From Eledone cirrhosa (taxonomy: Eukaryota): a DNA stretch of 64,000 nucleotides. The notes beneath the pieces were generated by a model. It ran no database searches. It saw only the letters and a list, made by a program, of their open reading frames with translations, and was not told the origin of the DNA. Below, one piece after another: positions 37,639 through 51,000 of this stretch. The stretch covers positions 2,976,001 through 3,040,000 of the forward strand of contig OZ024740.1 in NCBI GenBank assembly GCA_964016885.1. The letters are read 5' to 3'. Positions within the stretch are counted from its first letter, which is position 1. Every line of letters begins with the position of its first letter. A program made the position numbers and the translations under genes.

Positions 37639-37787
37639 TACTGGGCCCTTCATTGGGGGAAGAGATTTACTGGGCCCTTCATTGGGGGAAGAGATTTACT
37701 GGGCCCTTCATTGGGGAAAAAGTTTTACTGGGCTCTTCATTGGGGGAAGAGTTTTACTGGGCTCTTCATTGGGGGAAGAAATTTACT
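37639..37787. repeat. 29-bp tandem repeat, ~5 copies
   Basis: Unit tactgggcccttcattgggggaagagatt. Confidence 0.88.
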
Positions 37788-37789
37788 TA

Positions 37790-40700
37790 GATGGACAGAA
37801 AGATAGCTATGGTTTATAGGAGGACAAACCAACCTAATATATGGATGTACAGAAAGATAGCTATGGTTTATAGGAGGACAAACCAACCTAATATATGGAT
37901 GTACAGAAAGATAGCTATGGTTTAGAGGAGACAAACCAACCCAATATATGGATGTACAGAAAGATAGCTATGGTTTATAGGAGGACAAACCAACCTAATA
38001 TATGGATGTACAGAAAGATAGCTATGGTTTAGAGGAGACAAACCAACCTAATATATGGATGTACAGAAAGATAGCTATGGTTTATAGGAGGACAAACCAA
38101 CCTAATATATGGATGTACAGAAAGATAGCTATGGTTTAGAGGAGACAAACCAACCTAATATATGGATGTACAGAAAGATAGCTATGGTTTATAGGAGGAC
38201 AAACCAACCTAATATATGGATGTACAGAAAGATAGCTATGGTTTAGAGGAGACAAACCAACCTAATATATGGATGTACAGAAAGATAGCTATGGTTTAGA
38301 GGAGACAAACCAACCTAATATATGGATGTACAGAAAGATAGCTATGGTTTAGAGGAGACAAACCAACCTAATATATGGATGTACAGAAAGATAGCTATGG
38401 TTTATAGGAGGACAAACCAACCTAATATATGGATGTACAGAAAGATAGCTATGGTTTAGAGGAGACAAACCAACCCAATATATGGATGTACAGAAAGATA
38501 GCTATGGTTTATAGGAGGACAAACCAACCCAATATATGGATGTACAGAAAGATAGCTATGGTTTAGAGGAGACAAACCAACCTAATATATGGATGTACAG
38601 AAAGATAGCTATGGTTTAGAGGAGACAAACCAACCTAATATATGGATGTACAGAAAGATAGCTATGGTTTATAGGAGACAAACCAACCCAATATATGGAT
38701 GTACAGAAAGATAGCTATGGTTTAGAGGAGACAAACCAACCCAATATATGGATGTACAGAAAGATAGCTATGGTTTAGAGGAGACAAACCAACCCAATAT
38801 ATGGATGGACAGAAAGATAGCTATGGTTTATAGGAGGACAAACCAACCCAATATATGGATGTAGAGAAAGATAGCTATGGTTTAGAGGAGACAAACCAAC
38901 CTAATATATGGATGTACAGAAAGATAGCTATGGTTTAGAGGAGACAAACCAACCAAATATATGGATGTACAGAAAGATAGCTATGGTTTAGAGGAGACAA
39001 ACCAACCTAATATATGGATGTACAGAAAGATAGCTATGGTTTAGAGGAGACAAACCAACCCAATATATGGATGGACAGAAAGATAGCTATGGTTTAGAGG
39101 AGACAAACCAACCCAATATATGGATGTACAGAAAGATAGCTATGGTTTAGAGGAGATAAACCAACCCAATATATGAATGTACAGAAAGATAGCTATGGTT
39201 TAGAGGAGACAAACCAACCCAATATATGGATGTACAGAAAGATAGCTATGGTTTAGAGGAGACAAACCAACCCAATATATGGATGGACAGAAAGATAGCT
39301 ATGGTTTAGAGGAGATAAACCAACCCAATATATGAATGTACAGAAAGATAGCTATGGTTTAGAGGAGACAAACCAACCCAATATATGGATGTACAGAAAG
39401 ATAGCTATGGTTTAGAGGAGATAAACCAACCCAATATATGGATGTACAGAAAGATAGCTATGGTTTAGAGGAGACAAACCAACCCAATATATGGATGTAC
39501 AGAAAGATCTATATGGTTTAGAGGAGACAAACCAACCCAATATATGGAAGGACAGAAAGATAGCTATGGTTTAGAGGAGACAAACCAACCTAATATATGG
39601 ATGTACAGAAAGATAGCTATGGTTTAGAGGAGACAAACCAACCCAATATATGGATGGACAGAAAGATAGCTATGGTTTATAGGAGGACAAACCAACCCAA
39701 TATATGGATGTACAGAAAGATCTCTATGGTTTATAGGAGGACAAACCAACCTAATATATGGATGGACAGAAAGATAGCTATGGTTTATAGGAAACAAACC
39801 AACCCAATATATGGATGGACAGAAAGATCTCTATGGTTTATAGGAGACAAACCAACTTAATATATGGATGTACAGAAAGATAGCTATGTTTTATAGGAGA
39901 CAAACCAACTTAATATATGGATGGACAGAAAGATCTCTATGGTTTATAGGAGACAAACCAACCTAATATATGGATGTACAGAAAGATAGCTATGTTTTAT
40001 AGGAGACAAACCAACCCAATATATTGATGTACAGAAAGATAGCTATGTTTTATAGGAGACAAACCAACCTAATATATGGATGTACAGAAAGATAGCTATG
40101 GTTTAGAGGAGACAAACCAACCTAATATATGGATGGACAGAAGGATAGATATGATTTATAGGAGACAAACCAACCCAATATATGGATGTACAGAAAGATC
40201 TCTATGGTTTATAGGAGATAAACCAACCTAATATATGGATGTACAGAAAGATAGCTATGTTTTATAGGAGACAAACCAACTTAATATATGGATGTACAGA
40301 AGGATAGATATGATTTATAGGAGACAAACCAACCTAATATATGGATGGACAGAAAGATAGCTATGTTTTATAGGAGACAAACCAACCCAATATATGGATG
40401 TACAGAAAGATAGCTATGGTTTAGAGGAGACAAACCAACCCAATATATGGATGGACAGAAAGATAGCTATGTTTTATAGGAGACAAACCAACCCAATATA
40501 TGGATGTACAGAAAGATAGCTATGTTTTATAGGAGACAAACCAACCCAATATATTGATGTACAGAAAGATAGCTATGTTTTATAGGAGACAAACCAACCC
40601 AATATATGGATGGACAGAAAGATCTATATGATTTATAGGAGACAAACCAACCCAATATATGGATGTACAGAAAGATCTCTATGGTTTATAGGAGACAAAC

Positions 40701-43215
40701 CAACCTAATATATGGATGTACAGAAAGATAGCTATGGTTTAGAGGAGACAAACCAACCCAATATATGGATGGACAGAAAGATCTATATGGTTTAGAGGAG
40801 ACAAACCAACCCAATATATGGATGGACAGAAAGATCTATATGGTTTAGAGGAGATAAACCAACCTAATATATGGATGGACAGAAAGATCTCTATGGTTTA
40901 GAGGAGGCAAACCAACCCAATATATGGATGGACAGAAAGATCTCTATGGTTTAGAGGAGACAAACCAACCTAATATATGGATGTACAGAAAGATAGCTAT
41001 GGTTTATAGGAGGACAAACCAACCTAATATATGGATGTACAGAAAGATAGCTATGGTTTAGAGGAGACAAACCAACCCAATATATGGATGTACAGAAAGA
41101 TAGCTATGGTTTATAGGAGGACAAACCAACCCAATATATGGATGTACAGAAAGATAGCTATGGTTTAGAGGAGACAAACCAACCTAATATATGGATGTAC
41201 AGAAAGATAGCTATGGTTTAGAGGAGACAAACCAACCCAATATATGGATGGACAGAAAGATAGCTATGGTTTAGAGGAGACAAACCAACCCAATATATGG
41301 ATGTACAGAAAGATAGCTATGGTTTAGAGGAGATAAACCAACCCAATATATGAATGTACAGAAAGATAGCTATCGTTTAGAGGAGACAAACCAACCCAAT
41401 ATATGGATGTACAGAAAGATAGCTATGGTTTAGAGGAGACAAACCAACCCAATATATGGATGGACAGAAAGATAGCTATGGTTTAGAGGAGATAAACCAA
41501 CCCAATATATGAATGTACAGAAAGATAGCTATGGTTTAGAGGAGACAAACCAACCCAATATATGGATGTACAGAAAGATAGCTATGGTTTAGAGGAGATA
41601 AACCAACCCAATATATGGATGTACAGAAAGATAGCTATGGTTTAGAGGAGACAAACCAACCCAATATATGGATGTACAGAAAGATCTATATGGTTTAGAG
41701 GAGACAAACCAACCCAATATATGGATGGACAGAAAGATAGCTATGGTTTAGAGGAGACAAACCAACCTAATATATGGATGTACAGAAAGATAGCTATGGT
41801 TTAGAGGAGACAAACCAACCCAATATATGGATGGACAGAAAGATAGCTATGGTTTATAGGAGGACAAACCAACCCAATATATGGATGTACAGAAAGATCT
41901 CTATGGTTTATAGGAGGACAAACCAACCTAATATATGGATGGACAGAAAGATAGCTATGGTTTATAGGAAACAAACCAACCCAATATATGGATGGACAGA
42001 AAGATCTCTATGGTTTATAGGAGACAAACCAACTTAATATATGGATGTACAGAAAGATAGCTATGTTTTATAGGAGACAAACCAACTTAATATATGGATG
42101 GACAGAAAGATCTCTATGGTTTATAGGAGACAAACCAACCTAATATATGGATGTACAGAAAGATAGCTATGTTTTATAGGAGACAAACCAACCCAATATA
42201 TTGATGTACAGAAAGATAGCTATGTTTTATAGGAGACAAACCAACCTAATATATGGATGTACAGAAAGATAGCTATGGTTTAGAGGAGACAAACCAACCT
42301 AATATATGGATGGACAGAAGGATAGATATGATTTATAGGAGACAAACCAACCCAATATATGGATGTACAGAAAGATCTCTATGGTTTATAGGAGATAAAC
42401 CAACCTAATATATGGATGTACAGAAAGATAGCTATGTTTTATAGGAGACAAACCAACTTAATATATGGATGTACAGAACGATAGATATGATTTATAGGAG
42501 ACAAACCAACCTAATATATGGATGGACAGAAAGATAGCTATGTTTTATAGGAGACAAACCAACCCAATATATGGATGTACAGAAAGATAGCTATGGTTTA
42601 GAGGAGACAAACCAACCCAATATATGGATGGACAGAAAGATAGCTATGTTTTATAGGAGACAAACCAACCCAATATATGGATGTACAGAAAGATAGCTAT
42701 GTTTTATAGGAGACAAACCAACCCAATATATTGATGTACAGAAAGATAGCTATGTTTTATAGGAGACAAACCAACCCAATATATGGATGGACAGAAAGAT
42801 CTATATGATTTATAGGAGACAAACCAACCCAATATATGGATGTACAGAAAGATCTCTATGGTTTATAGGAGACAAACCAACCTAATATATGGATGTACAG
42901 AAAGATAGCTATGGTTTAGAGGAGACAAACCAACCCAATATATGGATGGACAGAAAGATCTATATGGTTTAGAGGAGACAAACCAACCCAATATATGGAT
43001 GGACAGAAAGATCTATATGGTTTAGAGGAGATAAACCAACCTAATATATGGATGGACAGAAAGATCTCTATGGTTTAGAGGAGGCAAACCAACCCAATAT
43101 ATGGATGGACAGAAAGATCTCTATGGTTTAGAGGAGACAAACCAACCCAATATATGGATGGACAGAAAGATCTCTATGGTTTAGACAAACCCATCCAATA
43201 TATGGATGGACAGAA
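37790..43215. repeat. 53/54-bp satellite, ~100 copies, with a 2177-bp higher-order duplication
   Basis: Unit atggatgtacagaaagatagctatggtttagaggagacaaaccaacctaatat; identical variant runs at 39597 and 41774. Confidence 0.95.
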
Positions 43216-43259
43216 ATATCTCTTACGAAAATCACTGAAAAGACGTGTGAGAGATAGCA

Positions 43260-43689
43260 TGTTTTGATACCCAAACGATCTTAAACCCACCCCTGCTTCT
43301 ATAATATCAAACTATTTATTTATATTAATCTAAAAATCTCCTATCATAATTGTTTCTACCTTTTGGCACAAGACCAGTAATTACCCCATTGCATTACTGG
43401 TGCTTTATTTTATTGATTATGTAAAGATGAAAGGCAAAGTTAATTTTAGCAGGATTTGAACTCAGAACTTAAAGGGCCATAACTCTGTGCTGCAAAGCAT
43501 GGTGTCTGACACTCTATTGATACTGCCAATCTTCTATCCTAATTGTATGTAAAAACATCTTCCAAATACCAACTTAATAACAAAAGAGTTTTATATTTTA
43601 TTAAATCTCTCAATAATTTAATTATTTCTGAAATTGATTAAACCCATAAACGGGGTTTTTTGTTAGAAATATGGTAACAAAAGGGTTAA
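43260..43689. mobile_element. TTAA-ended MITE with a nested minus-strand family B SINE (~43347-43546)
   Basis: Ends aaatatggtaacaaaagggttaa and begins ttttgatacc. The SINE is flanked by taattgt on both sides, a possible TSD. Confidence 0.6.
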
Positions 43690-43742
43690 AGTATTTTTGT
43701 TCAGATAATATGAGTTGTTTTGTAAATGATAACAAAGGATAT

Positions 43743-43821
43743 TGCATTCTGAGAGCTGGGCATAGTTTTTTGGTTGGCATAAATATCACATGGGTAAGAA
43801 GAAAGCTCTCTAAGAAATGGT
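43743..43821 (-). CDS. RAPGEF4: Epac exon, REM domain, followed by an AT (U12) donor
   Basis: cttttcag|ACCAT...AGAATGCA|atatccttt; 79 nt, phase 1/2; (D)HFLESFLLTHVIFMPTKKLCPALRM(H) resembles Epac2 [22 protein letters not shown]. Confidence 0.94.
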
Positions 43822-43974
43822 CTGAAAAGAAATATATAGAAATAAGTCAATAATAATAATAATAATAAAGGTTTCTTTATTCAACACAAGGGTTAACATC
43901 TAGAAAAACATTGACGACACAGGGTGAAAACATCATGAGTGTATGTATGTTGGTGTGTGGGTTTTTAATAATAA

Positions 43975-44122
43975 TAATTGTTTCTAATTTAGGCACAAAG
44001 AGAGCAATTTGAAAGGGAGGGGAACATCGATTAAATCAACCCTAGTGCATTACTGGTACTTTATTTTATCGACCCCATAAGGATGAAAGGCAAAGTTAAC
44101 CTCTGCAGGATTTGAACTCAGA
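43975..44122 (-). mobile_element. tRNA-SINE family B fragment
   Basis: ggatttgaactcag B-box; ctggtactttattttatcgacc...ggatgaaaggcaaagttaac core. Confidence 0.8.
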
Positions 44123-44412
44123 CAGCCAATAAAAGAAAGGTATTAGTCCAGGCCAGTGGGTTAGAAGAATTGTTTGAACATTGAACAAGATACTGTTTGA
44201 TATTTGATGAGGTATTTTATGTAGGAGTAGAACTGCTTCATTCGAAGGAAGTCATCAGAAAAGCCGACTGTCAATGTAATATGCTGGTATTTATACATTT
44301 TCTGAGAGGCCATTTCTATATAAAATATTTATACTCTGCTATGTATTAAGTGCCTTACTTACTGAGGTTACCCTTGATTGAACCCAGGATACATATATAT
44401 ATATATATATGT

Positions 44413-45582
44413 ATCATCATCATCATCAACGTTTAACGTCCGTGTTCCACGCTTGCATGGGTTTGGACGGGGGTTTTCCCACTTGAGGCAAGAGTGATTA
44501 TCTTGCTCGCATAGGACTATCTGGCGGGTTTTCTACAGCTGGATGCCCTTCCTAACACCAACCACATTTACAGTGTGGGGCTGGGAGGTTTTTACCGTGT
44601 TGCCTACACGGCCACATTACAGCGTGGACTGTCTGGCGGGTTTTCTACAGCTGGATGCCCTTCCTAACACCAACCACATTTACAGTGTGGGGCTGGGAGG
44701 TTTTTACCGTGTTGCCTACACGGCCACATTACAGCTTGGACTGTCTGGCAGGTTTTCTACAGCTGGATGCCCTTCCTAACACCAACCACATTTACAGTGT
44801 GGGTCTGGGAGGTTTTTACCGTGTTACCTACACAGCCACATTACAGCGTGGACTGTGTGTTTTTTTGTCGTGACACCTACACGATCTCATTTGTTTCGGC
44901 CTGGATGTTGTGGCACCAACATAACTTTACATTGAAGGGGCGGTGTGGATGGGGTGGGGGTGGTGGGACGGGGGTGTATTTTGTTAGAGATGCCTACTGG
45001 CTGTAGTAGGTTTTACTTTGTATTTAGGTAAGGCGGGTCTTCTCTATTACTGAGTACCGCCAAAGGTCTCGGTCCAGTGACATTGTCTTGGAGAGGTGTA
45101 AGTGTGTGAGGTCAGAATTTATCAGCTCGTCCCAGGTTTTTCTGGGTCTGCCTACTCCGTGGCTACCATCTATCTTTATTGCCCTGCACTTTGTTATACA
45201 GCTGTCGTCTTTCATGCGCATCACGTGACCATACCAACGTAGCCTTCTCTCGAGTAAACAGCATCTGATCCCTTTTATTTCTAATTTTTTCCTTAGTTCG
45301 CATATGCTTTGCCGTTCACGTATGTTACTATTACACATCCAGCGGAGCATGCAAGCTTCGTTCCTCTCTAGTCTGCGTATATCCTCTGCACACAATGCCC
45401 AGGTCTCACTGCCATGCAACATTGCTGTTCGTATGCAGGCATCATACAGCCTGCCTTTCATTCTTAGGGAGAACCCTTTAGCGGCTAATAGTGGTATAAG
45501 CTCTCTGAACTTTTTCCAACCAGTTCTGACTCTAGCTACTGTACTTTCAGAGCACCCTCCCCCACTGCTGATTTTGTCGCCC
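44413..45582 (-). mobile_element. 5'-truncated RTE LINE with triplicated 112-bp 3' UTR unit
   Basis: ORF 45024-45461; UTR units start near 44520, 44632 and 44744; (cat)n tail. Confidence 0.92.
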
Positions 45583-46266
45583 TATATTTATCATAATTGC
45601 AAGAATCATGTAGTAGTCCAACAGCACAGAAATTTGGGCGTCTTCTACTGGGTTAAACACTATCTTGTGTTTGAATTTGGTAGGCAGAAACTGTGAAGAA
45701 GCTCATCATATCTAAACTATTATAAAATAAAGAGTGCGGGACTGCGTACGGTTTATTTCTTTTAATCCAGTTAGTAAAATAAGTTGGATTACTTTGAATA
45801 AAATAAATGAATATTACATAATTTATCTACTAAATTTCATTATTTTTTTATAAGATATAAATAATTTTGTTGCTTATTTAAAGATTCACTTCTTTAAAAT
45901 TTTTAAATGTCAACACTTCCGGTTAGCGATCACTTAAATAAACATTCATATATTTCCGTCACTAATTTTCACCTAATGCAGTTTATATATAATATCGTCT
46001 TTTTTTAATGTATCATGGACTACGTTACTGATTACATAAGAACGCAGTCTTCGTTCAATTTCTGTGGATATTGTCAATTATGATTTTATTTGATGTATCA
46101 TATCTACAAGCATATATACTTGCGTATAATATCAATATGCACACTATACATGCTAGCAGAAACACCACCTGAAGGGTGGTTTTCTGCTAGTATATATATA
46201 TAACAATGTTATAATTGATATAAACAATATAATAATGTTGTAAACCAAATAACAATGGATACAAAC

Positions 46267-46346
46267 CATATGAATCAGTTTTTTCCATTCGAGTTTCCAA
46301 CAGATGTTCCAATATTTTTTCTGGTGTTCCAGCCATGACAGAATAT
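46267..46346 (-). CDS. RAPGEF4: Epac exon, start of REM domain
   Basis: tatttcag|ATATTC...TCATATG|gtttgt; 80 nt, phase 2/1; (K)YSVMAGTPEKILEHLLETRMEKTDSY resembles Epac2 KYTVMSGTPEKILEHFLE. Confidence 0.95.
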
Positions 46347-46387
46347 CTGAAATAGAAGGATTGTAGAACATTATTTTCTCATATTAA

Positions 46388-46757
46388 GGGCAGTGAATTG
46401 GCAGTATTGGATGCCAAGCTTTCTAGCATAGTTACGTCCCTTTATGGTCTGAGTTCACATCCCGCCAAGATTAACTTTGCTTTTCATCCTTACAAGGTCG
46501 ATAAAATAAAGTATCAGCGATGCACTGGGTAATCGCTGGCCTTGTGCCAAAAATAGAAACTCAATACGGTGTGGATTGGCAGTATCGGTAGAGGGTCGGA
46601 CACTATGCTTTGATGCATAGAGTTATGGCCCTTGCCATTCTGAGTTCAAATCCCACCGAGGTTAACTTTGCCTTTCATCCTTACGAGGTCGATAAAATAA
46701 AGTACCAGTAATACACTGGGGTAAACGCTGGCCTTGTGCCAAAAATAGAAACAATTA
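46388..46757 (+). mobile_element. Two tandem tRNA-SINE family B copies
   Basis: Each has an A-box (ttggcagtatYgg), a B-box (ctgagttca) and core ...gtcgataaaataaagtaccag...ggccttgtgccaaaaatagaaac. Confidence 0.85.
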
Positions 46758-47079
46758 TTTTCTCATATTACTTTTAATCTGTTGTTTCTTTTTAGTTACT
46801 GAACCAATAAACTTTTGATGAAAGATCTTCCATTGGTGGCCATCCTGACATCTCGTAGGGCCAGCCTTGTCACATACTGAATTAGCCCTGCTCAGCCACT
46901 TGCATATTAATTTCATGAGCAATCTGTCCTGTGATTGAACAACTGGAATATACAATGAAACCAATGGAGGTCCATTCTCTTCTTATCCAGTATATATAAT
47001 TTATATCTCTATAAACAATGAGCACCCCTATACCCAGACTAAACCAGACTAAACCAAACATTCATACCATCAATACATG

Positions 47080-47605
47080 ACCACCACAGCATTCTTACCA
47101 CCCCATCACTGTATCACCAAACACAACAAACCATAACTTCTACCTCCAACACCACCACCATCACTGCTACCACCACCACCACCACCACCACCATCACTTC
47201 TACAACCGCCATCACCACTAACACCACTACCACTATTATCACTGCTACCACCACCATCACCACCATCACCGCTACCAACACCACCACAATCACTGGTATT
47301 ACCAACACCACCATCACTGGTACCACCACCCCTACCACCACCACCACTACCACCACCACCCCTACCATTACCACCACCACCACCACCACCACCACCACCA
47401 CCACCACCACCACCACCACCACCCCTATCACAACCACCACCACCACCACCCTACCAGCACCACCACCACCCTACCACCACCGGCTCCACCAGCAACAGCA
47501 CCACCACCCCTACCAGCACCACCACCCCTACCAGCACCACCACCCCTACCAGCACCACCACCACCACCAGCACCACCACCACCACCACTATTACCACCAT
47601 CACTA
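47080..47605. repeat. Degenerate (ACC)n repeat
   Basis: Read directly. Confidence 0.9.
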
Positions 47606-47616
47606 TTGGTACTTAC

Positions 47617-47729
47617 TTATAGTGTGACTGTATAGAACCATCCTGTGCCTGTATATTAGTAGGCATCTTCTCCAGCACCAGAACATCTTGGCCATGTTCA
47701 TTTAATCGGACTGTATTAGCTTCAACATC
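47617..47729 (-). CDS. RAPGEF4: Epac exon, end of cAMP-binding domain (lid region)
   Basis: ttgcag|GATGTT...TATAA|gtaagt; 113 nt, phase 0/2; DVEANTVRLNEHGQDVLVLEKMPTNIQAQDGSIQSHY carries the Epac signature DVEANTVRL.EH.QDVLVLEK. Confidence 0.96.
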
Positions 47730-47807
47730 CTGCAAATAAAACAAAAAGACGTCTTTTATCAGCTCATTATCACTACAACTCATCAAAAGTGCATGTATAG
47801 TACATAG

Positions 47808-48002
47808 AATAATTGTTTCTACTTTTGGCACAAAGTCAGCAATTACCCAGTACATTACTGGTACTTTATTTTATCAACCCTGTAAAGATGAAAGGCAAAT
47901 TTAAACTTGGCGGGATTTGAACTCAGATCATAAAGAGCCGTAACTCTTTGCTGCAAAGCATGGTGTCTGACCCTCTACCTATACTGCCAATCCACCACCT
48001 AC
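47808..48002 (-). mobile_element. tRNA-SINE family B copy whose head seeds the adjacent satellite
   Basis: Reverse complement aligns by eye end to end with 46568-46757; B-box at 47913-47924. Confidence 0.88.
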
Positions 48003-51000
48003 CATGGCGTATGACCCTCTACCTATACTGCCAATCCACCACCCTAACATGGTGTCAGACCCTCTACCTATACTGCCAATCCACCACCCTAACATGGCGT
48101 CAGACCCTCTACCAATACTACCAATCAACCACCTAACATGGTGTCAGACCCTCTACCTATACTACCAATCCACCACCCTAATATGGCATCAGACCCTCTA
48201 CCAATACTGCCAATCCACCACCCTAACATGATGTCATACCTTCTACCAATACTGCCAATCCACCACCTACCATGGTGTCAGACCCTCTACCAATACTGCC
48301 AATCCACCGCCCTAACATGACGTCAGACCCTCTACCAATACTACCAATCCACCACCTACCATGGTGTCAGACCCTCTAACAATACTGCCAATCCACCACC
48401 ATAGCATGGTGTCAGACCCTCTACCAATACTGCCAATCCAACACCTAACATGGTGTCAGACCCTCTAACAATACTGCCAATCCACCACCCTAACATGGTG
48501 TCAGACCCTCTACCAATACTACCAATCCACGACCCTAACATGACATCAGACCCTCTACCAATACTACCAATCCACCACCCTAACATGGTGTCAGACCCTC
48601 TACCAATACTACCAATCCACCACCCTAGCATGGTGTCAGACCCTCTACCAATACTACCAATCCACCACCTACCATGGTGTCAGACGCTCTACCAATACTA
48701 CCAATCCACCACCCTAGCATGGTGTCAGACTCTCTACCAATACTACCAATCCACCACCTAACATGGTGTCAGACCATTTACCAATACTGCCAATCCACCA
48801 CCTAGCATGGCGTCTGACCCTCTACCAATACTGCCAATCCACCACCTACCATGGTGTCAGACCCTCTACCAATACTACCAATCCACCACCCTAACATGGT
48901 GTCAGACCCTCTACCAATAGTACCAATCCACCACCCTAACATGACATCAGACCCTCTACCAATACGACCAATCCACCACCCTAACATGGTGTCAGATCCT
49001 CTACCAATACTGCCAATCCAGCACCCTAAAATGGTGTCAGACGCTCTACCAATACTACCAATCCACCACCTACCATGGTGTCAGACCCTCTACCAATACT
49101 ATCAATCCACCACCTAACATGGTGTCTGACCCTCTACCAATACTACCAATCCACCACCTACCATGGTGTCTGACCCTCTACCAATACTACCAATCCACCA
49201 CCCTAACATGGCATCAGACAATCTACAAATACTGCCAATCGACCACCCTAGCATGGTGTCAGACCCACTACCAATATTGAAAATCCACCACCCTAACATG
49301 GTGTCAGACCCTCTACCAATACTGCCAATCCACCACCCTAACATGACGTCAGACTCTCTACCAATACTACCAATCCACCACCCTCACATGCTGTCAGACC
49401 CTCTACAATACAACCAATACTGCCAAACCACCACCCTCACATGACGTCAGACCCTCTACAAATACTGCCAATCCACCACCCTAGAATGGCATCCGACAAT
49501 CTACCAATACTGCCAATCCACCACCCTAACATGGTGTCAGACCCTCTACGATACTGCCAACACACCATCTTCCATGGTGTCAGACCCTCTACCAATACTG
49601 CCAATCCACCACCCTAACATGGTATCAGACCCTCTATCAATACTACCAATCCACCACCCTACCATGGTGTCAGACCCTCTACGATACTGCCAACACACCA
49701 CCTTCCATGGTGTCAGACCCTCTACCAATACTGCCAATCCACTACCCTAACATGGTGTCAGACCCTCTACCAATACTACCAATCCACCACCCTTGAATGG
49801 CATCCGACCCTCTTCAAATACTGCAAATCCACCAGCTACTATGGTGTCAGACCCTCTACCAATACTACAAACACATCACCTAACATGGTGTCAGACCCTC
49901 TACCAATACTGCCAATCCACCACCTAGCATGGTGTCAGACCCTCTACCAGTACTACCAATCCACCACCCTAACATGGTGTCAGAGCCTCTACCAATACTG
50001 CCAATCCACCACCTAACATGGTGTCAGACCCTCTACCAATACTACCAATCCACCACCCTACCATGCTGTCAGACCCTCTAGCAATACTGCCAATCCTACA
50101 CCTAACATGGTGTCAGATCCTCTACCTATACTGCCAATCCACCATCTAACATGGTGTCAGACCCTCTACCTATAATACCAATCCACCACCCTACCATGGT
50201 GTCAGACCCTCTACCAATACTGCAAATCCACCACCCTAACATGGTGTCAGATCCTCTACCAATACTACCAATCCACCACCTACCATGGTGTCAGACCCTC
50301 TACCAATACTACCAATCCACCACCTACCATGGTGTCAGATCCTCTACCAATACTACCAATCCACCACCTACCATGGTGTCAGACCCTCTACCAATACTAC
50401 CAATCCACCACCTACCATGGTGTCAGATCCTCTACCAATACTACCAATCCACCACCTACCATGGTGTCAGACCCTCTACCAATACTACCAATCCACCACC
50501 CTAACATGGTGTCAGACCCTCTACCAATAATACCAATCCACCACCCTACCATGGTGTCAGACCCTCTACCAATACTGCAAATCCACCACCCTAACATGGT
50601 GTCAGACCCTCTACCAATAATGCCAATCCACCATCTAACATGGTGTCAGACCCTCTACCAATACTACCAATACACCACCTACCATGGTGTCAGACCCTCT
50701 ACCAATACTGCAAATCCACCACCCTAACATGGTGTCAGACCCTCTACCAATTCTGCAAATCCACCACCCTAAGATGGTGTCAGACCCTCTACCAATACTA
50801 CCAATCCACCACCTACCATGGCGTCAGATCCTCTACCAATAATACCAATCCACCACCTACCATGGTGTCAGACCCTCTACCAATAATACCAATCCACCAC
50901 CTAGCATGGTGTCTGACCCTATACCAATACTGCCAATCCACCACCTACCATGGTGTCAGACCCTCTACCAATACTACCAATCCACCACCCTAACATGGTG

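Larger units (their letters stand above)
37545..43742 (-). other. U12-type AT-AC minor-spliceosome intron (6198 nt)
   Basis: Donor ATATCCTTT at 43742-43734; branch site TTCCTTAAC at 37564-37556, 11 nt upstream of the junction; terminal AC. Splicing restores the CA|C His codon. Confidence 0.93.

Noticed and set aside
44215-44260. Minus-strand hammerhead (CTGATGA-cttccttcgaat-GAAG-cagttc)
   Set aside because: GAAA is mutated and stems I and III are broken; it is a decayed relative of 20641-20691.
46020-46090. Possible hammerhead (CTGATTA...GATA-ttgtcaat-TA)
   Set aside because: Two core mismatches and weak stems; at most an old remnant.
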